From Actinomycetota bacterium (lineage in GTDB: Bacteria > Actinomycetota > Aquicultoria > CAJVYJ01 > JAUVQD01): a DNA stretch of 46,221 nucleotides. Location: positions 1 through 46,221 of the forward strand of contig JAUXSL010000102.1 of assembly GCA_030679975.1 (NCBI GenBank). Reading direction: 5' to 3'. Under the pieces are notes generated by a model. It was not told where the DNA came from. It searched no databases and saw only the letters and a program-made list of their open reading frames with translations. Made by a program: the position numbers and the translations under genes. Shown here in pieces: positions 9,307-16,531 of this stretch. How positions within the stretch are numbered: position 1 is the stretch's first letter; every line of letters starts with the position of its first letter.

Positions 9307-9762
9307 CTAATCTTGCGTTAAAATATAATCGTCGTATTCGGTCTCAAGTCGCAACTTATGCGTGGCCTCTTGCATCGCCATGAACGCAAACAATTTTTTA
9401 AGCTCAGCATCGCCGGTGTGGTCGGCCAGGCCTTGGTACAATGAATGAGAGTGTTCTTCAGCTTTCATGGCCAGCACTAAAATGTCCTGAAAACTCATCT
9501 CCGGCGAGTACGATACGTCATGCATATAGTCGCTGATCTTGAGGTCTGGTACCGGTTTGATGCTCTCGTTCGCGACCAGGCCGACGTCAAGATTTTGTAA
9601 TGTCTCATAATGCTTGCGCTCTTCGGCGGCGAGTTCCGTGAAGATACCGGCCAAGCGGTCGGATTTCATCAGCTTGGCAAGATTTGCGTACTGCGCCTCA
9701 GCTTCAGATTCCTTTTCAAGGGCGAAATCAATAACGCCTTTAAGGGTCGATATATCATTCAT
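9307..9762 (-). CDS. Rubrerythrin-like / ferritin family di-iron protein (no rubredoxin domain)
   Basis: FALEKESEA..LAAEERKH and AMKAEEHS..MAMQEATH E/ExxH motifs. Confidence 0.85.
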   Translation of the reverse strand: MNDISTLKGVIDFALEKESEAEAQYANLAKLMKSDRLAGIFTELAAEERKHYETLQNLDVGLVANESIKPVPDLKISDYMHDVSYSPEMSFQDILVLAMKAEEHSHSLYQGLADHTGDAELKKLFAFMAMQEATHKLRLETEYDDYILTQD

Positions 9763-11456
9763 ATTGTCTCCTTGGTTGCGAACGGTTCTTTTTCAATAAT
9801 ATAGTCGCCGAGCGCCAGGCAGTCCATCCCTGAGGCCCGAAAAGTGCGAATTGCGTCGGCCGGAGTCGAGACTATCGGTTCGCCCATGACATTAAAGGAT
9901 GTGTTGAGAACGACAGGCACTCCCGTCAGCCGGCGAAACTCGTCAATCAAGCCCCAGTAGCGAGGATTCGATGATTTGGTGACGGTCTGCAGCCGAGCGG
10001 TCCCATCGACGTGAGTGATAGAGGGCACTGTGGCCCGGCGGCTTTTCTTGATATCCATAACTAATAGCATAAAGGGCGACGGGTAATAATCTTCGATATA
10101 ATCCGCCGCGTGTTCGGCCTGAATAGCCGGGGCAAAGGGACGAAACGACTCGCGTTTCTTGATTTTCAAGTTAACGATATCCTTGGTGTCGGTCCTGGTC
10201 GCGTTGGCCAGGATGCTCCGGTTGCCCAAAGCCCGCGGGCCCGCCTCGGCGCGCCCTTGGAACCAGCCGACTATCTTACCTTCGTTGATCTTGGCGGCGC
10301 AGTATTGTTCGACATTCTCTTGCCGTTGATAAGCAAGTCCGGCGCTTTTGATCGCCCCAACCAATTGATCGTCGCTGAATTCCGGTCCGAGGTAGGCATC
10401 TTTCAAAGGTTCCATACGCGGTTTGCCCAGGATGGTGTGCCAAACATAGTAAGCGGCGCCAAGAGCGTTTCCGGCGTCGCCGGCCGCCGGCTGGATAAAT
10501 ATGTCATTGAATCCACTCTTAAGAAGGATTTTAGCGTTCATGCAGCTATTGAGCGCCACTCCTCCCGCCAGGCAAATATTTTTTGATGCGGTCTTGAGCG
10601 CCAAGTAGCCGGCCAGTTCCAATGCCGCTCTCTCAGTAGTCGCCTGGACGGCTGCCGCGATGTCCTGATGACGGAGACCGATCTCCTCGGTCGGCAACCG
10701 TTTTGGCCCGAACTCGTTGATGAATTTACGGCTGCACCAGCCGGCTTTGCGATGATAAGTGAAATAATCGAGGTCGACCTTGAAGCCGCCCTCGTTGTCG
10801 GTGACTATCAACTCGTTAAACTTATCCACATAAATGGGATCCCCGTAGGGCGCCAGCCCCATCACTTTACCCTCGTCGCAATTGGGCCGGAATCCCAAAT
10901 AATCGGTAACCGCGGCATATACCTCGCCGATGGAATGAGGTTGCCGGACATAACTGAGGGGCTTGAGGTTGTTGCCCTGTCCCAGGCCAAGCCAGGTCGA
11001 AAGATAATCGCCGCCCCGGTCGATCGATAAGACGGCGGCCTCCTCAAAGGGCGAAGCGAAAAATGAGGCGGCGGCATGGGCTTCATGATGGCCGACAAAA
11101 ATCAGTTTACCGACAAAGCCTTGCCTGACCCGAAAGACGGGTTTTCGAAGATATAGATTGAAATCGACCGCCGGTTGCAAGAGCAAGCGCCTCCAAGTTC
11201 CCGGTAAGCGCCTGACGATATCGACCATAGCGCGTCCCATATCGACTCCCGGTTGGTGGGCAAAAGCCGCTATATCGACATCCCTGATATCGATATTGCC
11301 GGCGTCCAAACAGTAGTCGATAGCGGAAACGGGGAAGGCCTTGGTGTGTTTGTCCCGGTTGAAGCGTTCCTCCTCGGCAAAGGCGACGACTTTTCCGTCG
11401 GACAATAGGCAAGCGGCAGTATCGTGCGAAAAACAATTAATACCAAGTATATTCAA
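9759..11456 (-). CDS. Carbamoyltransferase, NodU/CmcH family
   Basis: HDTAACL, EEERFNR.KH, HHEAHAA, EGKVMGLAPYG, AGGVALN, EAGPRALGNRSIL, RESFRPFAP, THVDGTARLQTV, LNTSFN. Confidence 0.93.
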   Translation of the reverse strand: MNILGINCFSHDTAACLLSDGKVVAFAEEERFNRDKHTKAFPVSAIDYCLDAGNIDIRDVDIAAFAHQPGVDMGRAMVDIVRRLPGTWRRLLLQPAVDFNLYLRKPVFRVRQGFVGKLIFVGHHEAHAAASFFASPFEEAAVLSIDRGGDYLSTWLGLGQGNNLKPLSYVRQPHSIGEVYAAVTDYLGFRPNCDEGKVMGLAPYGDPIYVDKFNELIVTDNEGGFKVDLDYFTYHRKAGWCSRKFINEFGPKRLPTEEIGLRHQDIAAAVQATTERAALELAGYLALKTASKNICLAGGVALNSCMNAKILLKSGFNDIFIQPAAGDAGNALGAAYYVWHTILGKPRMEPLKDAYLGPEFSDDQLVGAIKSAGLAYQRQENVEQYCAAKINEGKIVGWFQGRAEAGPRALGNRSILANATRTDTKDIVNLKIKKRESFRPFAPAIQAEHAADYIEDYYPSPFMLLVMDIKKSRRATVPSITHVDGTARLQTVTKSSNPRYWGLIDEFRRLTGVPVVLNTSFNVMGEPIVSTPADAIRTFRASGMDCLALGDYIIEKEPFATKETI

Positions 11457-11556
11457 CGTAATCTCCCGAGATTAAACGGCAAGTACAACCATCGTATCAA
11501 AAGTTGCCGCTTACTTATATACCCCGAAACCGGAAAAACCCGGCCCCCCATCGACG

Positions 11557-11585
11557 TTGACGGCTCCTAAGAGCCGCTATATAAT
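11557..11585 (+). promoter_or_regulatory. Sigma70-type promoter with an inverted repeat across the -35 box and spacer
   Basis: TTGACG-17 bp-TATAAT; CGGCTC-ctaa-GAGCCG at 11561-11576; AAGGA RBS and ATG at 11625 downstream. Confidence 0.7.
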
Positions 11586-11630
11586 CAAGCATAATAACTG
11601 TTCAGGCAAGCAAAGGAAAAAGACATGCGC

Positions 11631-12494
11631 TCATGGTATCGTCTTTATCAAGACCTTCTCCCGATTGTCCGGAGCGACAATAAACAGCTCAACGTTGCCT
11701 TGAAGAACTTTCGCCAGGTCGAACAGGCGCACTCGCGCGGCATCATCTTCGGCAATTGGTCGACGGTCAGGAACGAGAACTTCTCTCCCTGCCACCCAGA
11801 CATGGTAACCTAACGCATTTCCCAGCTTGACCAGGTGGTATTGGACCTGGTCTTCCCGCTCCTTGGCCCGTTTTCGCTCCGCCTAAAGTAAGACGCTTTC
11901 CGATAGCTGGATTGGTTTTAGGCCAAGGCCTGCCGGAACCCGCAACCGGCCGGCGCCAATCTCGAACAACAAACCTGATACCGCGCCCAGGTCGGTCGAT
12001 AGTTTGGATTTCCAGTGCCCATTTATTTCGAGGATTTTTTCCCGCAAAAAGAAATAGTGCTCCCAACTGCTCAGCGGGACATCAAAGCCGGTGGCGGCGT
12101 TAAAACCTCTGACTATCGCCGTATTGAAAGCCGGGAAGAGGGTCGGGTGCAAGAAGTAGAGGATATTGCTGAGTGCCGGCCCTAACACTTTTATTTTCTA
12201 TGCGGCCAGGTCCGCCACCACTTCGAGCAGTTTCTTTTCACTTGATGTCGCCAGGCAATACTCCAGGCATTCGCCGGATTCTCGCTTGTTTGCCGGATTC
12301 TCATAAATGTCCGGGATCCTGAGTTTCGGTTTCCAGAACCAGTTTTGAACGCCGCGACGGATGGCTCCAAAATACTTCAGCCTCTCGGCGTCGGTGAACC
12401 AGGTATGGTAGACGGATTCATCGTCATGCTTATAGCTCTCGATAAGTTCGCCAAACCAGGGCCCAAGCCAGGGTTTATCCGCAAGCGTTGTCAT
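11631..12494 (-). pseudogene. Degraded restriction-endonuclease-like gene
   Basis: One reading frame with in-frame TAG stops at 12198-12200 and 11883-11885. Recognisable blocks: [73 protein letters not shown]. Apparent internal deletions; family call from memory. Confidence 0.65.
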
Positions 12495-12550
12495 AGGTAA
12501 ATTATAGCAAGTACTCACTTGGCAGTGAAACAAACTAAGCGACCGGCGGG

Positions 12551-13189
12551 TTACTGTTTTTGCCGAAAAGGAACAAAGCCCGGGGTCCGGCTGGCATAGA
12601 CTCTCCACGCTTCGCCGAACTCTTTTTCGGCTGCCCGTTCTTCGGTTCGGGCCAGCCGTGAATACATCCAAACCAGGACCGGAAACATAAGCAGGGTCGG
12701 CAAGGTAGGCCACTGGAGCAGAAACCCGAACATGATCAGCACGAAGGCGGCATATTGCGGATGGCGGATACGGGCATAGGGCCCGCTTATCGCCAGGGAA
12801 TGTTCGCGCTGCGCCTGATAGAGCACCTGCCAGGCCCGGGATAGCAGAATCAGGCCGGCGAAAATCAACACGTTGCTCACCAGATGGAACGGCCCGAGGT
12901 GAGGATCGCCGCCCGGGCCGATCAAGTTCTCAAGCAGATGTCCGGCGTCATGGGAGAAAAGATCGACCCCCGGAAGCCGGGTTGCCAGCCAACCGGAAAA
13001 AAAATAGACGGTCAGGGGAAATCCGTACATTTCGGCGAAGAGAGCGACGATAAAAGCGGAAAAAGCCCCAAACGTGCGCCAGTCCCGCTGCGTTTTCGGT
13101 TTGGTGAAGCTGAAAGCGAAAACAATGAATATCAGCGCGTTTACAACGACCAGTGGCCACAAGCCGTAGGCCGGAGCCGAATCACTCAT
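12551..13189 (-). CDS. Isoprenylcysteine carboxyl methyltransferase (ICMT/PEMT) family membrane protein of copper-resistance clusters
   Basis: AYGLW..V, EMYGFPLT, GPYARIRHPQY, LLQWPTL.TLLMFP, LARTEE motifs. Confidence 0.85.
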   Translation of the reverse strand: MSDSAPAYGLWPLVVVNALIFIVFAFSFTKPKTQRDWRTFGAFSAFIVALFAEMYGFPLTVYFFSGWLATRLPGVDLFSHDAGHLLENLIGPGGDPHLGPFHLVSNVLIFAGLILLSRAWQVLYQAQREHSLAISGPYARIRHPQYAAFVLIMFGFLLQWPTLPTLLMFPVLVWMYSRLARTEERAAEKEFGEAWRVYASRTPGFVPFRQKQ

Positions 13190-13374
13190 GGCTTTTCATG
13201 GTCCTTGTGGTCCTTATGCATGAACAGGTGCATCACCAGGTGCAGGACGATGAAGGCGACAAACAGGATATTCGGCAAAGCCCCCAACACATGCGCCTTG
13301 TGTTCGGCGATGAGAAAAAAAGTCACTATCGCCGGAAGGCCAAATAGTGCCCACGTATTTCTCGAGACCTTCAT
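13186..13374 (-). CDS. DUF2933-like small membrane protein
   Basis: EHKAHVLGALP...MHLFMH motif; ATGA overlaps with neighbours on both sides. Confidence 0.8.
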   Translation of the reverse strand: MKVSRNTWALFGLPAIVTFFLIAEHKAHVLGALPNILFVAFIVLHLVMHLFMHKDHKDHEKP

Positions 13375-13523
13375 AATCGCAGCCTCTTATCGGCTTCCAT
13401 TTCGGCGGCGCGGGCGGGACAATTATCGGCGCAGCAGGCGCAGTCGATAGGCTTGGCGGCCACGTCCTTGCGGGCGCCAAGGTCCGGCGCCGGCGCGGCG
13501 TGATGATGTTGGTGATCGCGCAT
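13371..13523 (-). CDS. 50-aa His/Cys-rich mini-protein derived from copA by in-frame deletion (not in the ORF track)
   Basis: MRDHQHHHAAPAPDLGARKDVAAKPIDCACCADNCPARAAEMEADKRLRL*; GGGAGG RBS upstream; 13388-13409 equals copA 18462-18483 and 13362-13388 equals 16519-16545. Confidence 0.7.
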   Translation of the reverse strand: MRDHQHHHAAPAPDLGARKDVAAKPIDCACCADNCPARAAEMEADKRLRL

Positions 13524-13723
13524 GTAATCCTCCCTTTTGCGTTACGAAAAGCTGCCGATTGCCGTTAGCGAAATAAAATACTTTTTACGAGAGCATAGAG
13601 CAATCACTATGTTTTTCAAACTAAAATGTTGTGTCGCCATAACGGAAATCAGCTATATTGGGAAAAATAACCTGAATTAAGCATAAAGGAGTGAGTGGTG
13701 TCTTGGCAAAAAGGTGAGCTGAT

Positions 13724-14998
13724 GTGGCGGAGATGAGGATGAGGCCGCACCACCTCAGCACGGTGCGCATGTCCCTGAAGAGAAAAAGGCTCGATGATTA
13801 CAAGCCCCTGGTCGGGCAAGAAGTCATCGACGAGGTCTTGCGTCTGGCCTCAGACCTCAAGGGTTTGCGCGTTCTGCAGATCAACTCCACCGCTTATGGG
13901 GGAGGGGTTGCCGAGCTTCTTACAGCGCTGGTTCCTCTTGAAGTAGCCTCGGGCATAAATGTAGAGTGGAAGACGCTTCCCCAACATGTTGACTTTTTCG
14001 AGGTAACCAAACTCTTTCATAATGCGCTTCAAGGAAAGGAGTATGAGCCGTCGATCGCCGATATCGAAAAATATATCGAACATAACCGGTTATCGGCCGA
14101 GAGTGAGAGTTCCCGGTATGATCTAATCATCGCCCACGATCCGCAGCCGGCGGCTTTCCGCCACTTTGGCGGTCACGTGGGGGCAAAATGGGTCTGGCGC
14201 TGCCATATAGACACATCACATCCGGGCCAAGCGGTATGGGATTTTCTCCATCCTTTCATTCGCGAGTACGATGCGGCGGTCTTCACCATGAAGAAATTCC
14301 TTCCCCCCGGCATCGGCATCCCTGAAGAACGTATCTTTTTCATTCCTCCGGCCATCGATCCGCTGTCGACTAAGAATATCGATCTGCCGGTTTCTTTGAG
14401 CAAGACGGTACTTTCGGAATTTGGTATCGACCTGGAACGACCGCTCCTAACCCAGGTATCCCGGTTTGACCCGTGGAAAGACCCTATGGGCGTGATCCGC
14501 ATCTATAGGCGAGCGAAGGAGCGCGTCCCGGATCTGCAACTTGCCCTCATCGGTTCCATGGCCACTGATGATCCGGAGGGCTGGGAGATGTATGTCGCTA
14601 TCGAAAACGAGCTGAAAGACGATTCTGACGCCTTTATTTTTACTAACTTAAACGGAGCGGGAAGTCTGGAAGTCAACGCATTTCAGCGTCTTTCCAACCT
14701 CATCGTTCAGAAATCGATCCGAGAAGGATTCGGTCTCGTCGTCTCCGAAGCCTTATGGAAAGGGACGCCGGTCGTCGCGGGGAATACCGGCGGCATTCCG
14801 CTGCAAATGGCTAATGGCGTCGGCGGCTTTTTAGCCGACGGTGAGGACGACTATGTCGACCGGGTGATGTTTTTACTTGAGAATCCGACGGAAGCGCATG
14901 ACATAGGTTATCGGGGCATGAAGTTTGTGAAAGACCACTTTCTGGTCATCAGGCTTCTAATCGACGAACTAAAGCTATTTCGCTCGCTGGTATTGTAA
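13724..14998 (+). CDS. treT: GT4 glycosyltransferase, trehalose synthase TreT-like
   Basis: INSTAYGGGVAELL, HDPQP, WRCHID, QVSRFDPWKDP, QKSIREGFGLVVSEALWK motifs; start could be a later ATG. Confidence 0.75.
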   Translation: MAEMRMRPHHLSTVRMSLKRKRLDDYKPLVGQEVIDEVLRLASDLKGLRVLQINSTAYGGGVAELLTALVPLEVASGINVEWKTLPQHVDFFEVTKLFHNALQGKEYEPSIADIEKYIEHNRLSAESESSRYDLIIAHDPQPAAFRHFGGHVGAKWVWRCHIDTSHPGQAVWDFLHPFIREYDAAVFTMKKFLPPGIGIPEERIFFIPPAIDPLSTKNIDLPVSLSKTVLSEFGIDLERPLLTQVSRFDPWKDPMGVIRIYRRAKERVPDLQLALIGSMATDDPEGWEMYVAIENELKDDSDAFIFTNLNGAGSLEVNAFQRLSNLIVQKSIREGFGLVVSEALWKGTPVVAGNTGGIPLQMANGVGGFLADGEDDYVDRVMFLLENPTEAHDIGYRGMKFVKDHFLVIRLLIDELKLFRSLVL

Positions 14999-15064
14999 AT
15001 AACCTTCCTCAAAGGTTAGAGCGCACCCGGTACCATTCTCTCTAAAACAGATTTCAGAGTTTTC

Positions 15065-16141
15065 TTATTTCTGTTCCCTCATCAAATTGTTATTAAAAAA
15101 GTTCCGGTATTTAAATCTGGCAAAGGGATAGAGCAGCTTATGAATTTTGGTAAAATTATAACGGTTGCCCATGACCTTTCTTATATCCCCTATGACCGCT
15201 ATTTTTTTAAGTTGGCGCTCATAGCCGGCATTTCCCAATCTCTCAAATAGAAAGCGATTCACGATTCCTGCTCGTAAAAACGGCTGAATCTCCCGTTTAT
15301 ATAATTTATGATAGCTGTCACCACCGACCAGCGAATCAGCGGCCAGCTCGGCGGATTTAATCGCCAACCGCATCCCAAAACCAAAGAAATAGTCCTGGAT
15401 GCCGGCTGCTTCTCCAATAACCAAGTGATTGCCTGGCCCAAGCAAATAAAAATCTATGTAGCGGCCAAACTCGCGGGGATCAAAAATCTTGAAATTCAGC
15501 AGATCGGCATATCTTTCTAATGTTTCATGAAAGTACCGCTTGGAATCGCGGAACGGCGGTGTGAAAAAGGCGCTTACCAAAGTGGCCCGACCGTCAAAGA
15601 CGATAAAATAAGAGTAACCCTTGGGCGCCACCCGGTCATCGATGATCGCTATGACCATATCGGAAGCATCGGTTTTAAAAGAAATGCCGCGCGCGAAGGC
15701 GACTCCTTTTTTAGCTCCCGATGAATCGATATGCACTCGTCCCTTAATCTTGGTATTACAGATGACCTCTATTCCTAAACTTACCGCATGGTTTCTTAAG
15801 GCAAGATCCAAGCAACCGGGCGTGCCGCCTCTTTTGATCATGTAAAGAAGCGGCTGCTCAGCTTCGAAATCGTACCTTAGGTTGCTGGGCGAGAAAACAG
15901 TTATCTTGCTTACCGGTCGCAACCAGAAATCCGTCGTTATTCCCAGGCGAGCGAGATATTGCAGAACATTTTCATCATCAGTCCAATTTTCCAGCCCTTG
16001 AAAATCACCGTGGCGACGAATCCCGACGGCGCCGCTTTTCTCAAAGACGGTAACAGCAAAGCCCCTTTGAGCTAAGATAATGGCGCTGGTCAATCCTGCA
16101 ATTCCCGCGCCCTTGATCTTTATCTCTTTATTTATTTGCAC
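15065..16141 (-). CDS. FAD-dependent oxidoreductase (geranylgeranyl reductase-like)
   Basis: GAGIAGL Rossmann motif, VFEK, GEAAGIQD..GFGM..AI.S; visibly more AT-rich than its neighbours. Confidence 0.75.
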   Translation of the reverse strand: MQINKEIKIKGAGIAGLTSAIILAQRGFAVTVFEKSGAVGIRRHGDFQGLENWTDDENVLQYLARLGITTDFWLRPVSKITVFSPSNLRYDFEAEQPLLYMIKRGGTPGCLDLALRNHAVSLGIEVICNTKIKGRVHIDSSGAKKGVAFARGISFKTDASDMVIAIIDDRVAPKGYSYFIVFDGRATLVSAFFTPPFRDSKRYFHETLERYADLLNFKIFDPREFGRYIDFYLLGPGNHLVIGEAAGIQDYFFGFGMRLAIKSAELAADSLVGGDSYHKLYKREIQPFLRAGIVNRFLFERLGNAGYERQLKKIAVIGDIRKVMGNRYNFTKIHKLLYPFARFKYRNFFNNNLMREQK

Positions 16142-16225
16142 AATGCCTCACACTCGGGCATGGTTAAACAACTTCACGTGCACAATATAATCATGTCTCT
16201 GTTTAAGAAAGCAACCGAAGGCAGT

Positions 16226-16300
16226 TTAACGTCGTGCCCGGGACAAACTACAGTGGCCTTCATCACAATGAGCGATTCTTGGTGCCATGAATCTTTTCAT
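16226..16300 (-). pseudogene. Short ORF (MKRFMAPRIAHCDEGHCSLSRARR), probably a decayed copper-chaperone (CopZ-like) remnant
   Basis: Follows a strong promoter, a CsoR-type operator and a GGGGGAG RBS; AHC and, after a frameshift, MKA resemble the HMA CxHCVMK pattern. Confidence 0.35.
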
Positions 16301-16338
16301 TAAATACTCCCCCTTTTCTCATAGAGACTTTATTGCCG

Positions 16339-16388
16339 ATACCCCCTGGGGGTATATTTATCGTATAACCGGCTGCGGGTCTTGTCAA
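16339..16388 (-). promoter_or_regulatory. Sigma70 promoter plus CsoR/RicR-type operator
   Basis: Minus strand TTGACA (16388-16383)-17 bp-TACGAT (16365-16360); palindrome ATACCCCCTGGGGGTAT at 16339-16355. Confidence 0.8.
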
Positions 16389-16411
16389 GAAAACACTGTG
16401 GCCGGCACGAC

Positions 16412-16531
16412 CCTTATGCATGAACAGGGGCATCACCAGGTGCAGGACGATGAAGGCGACAAACAGGATATTCGGCAAAGCCCCCAACACATGCGCCTTG
16501 TGTTCGGCGATGAAAAAATCGAGACCTTCAT
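16412..16531 (-). pseudogene. Frameshifted second copy of the DUF2933-like gene
   Basis: 16412-16513 matches 13212-13313 with one mismatch; a net 43-bp deletion after the start codon shifts the frame. Confidence 0.85.

Noticed and set aside
11883-12200. Two in-frame TAG codons in one gene, suggesting amber recoding or pyrrolysine
   Set aside because: era, mreB, trkA and others end normally in TAG, and the same gene also shows deletions and a frame-shifted block, so pseudogenisation is simpler
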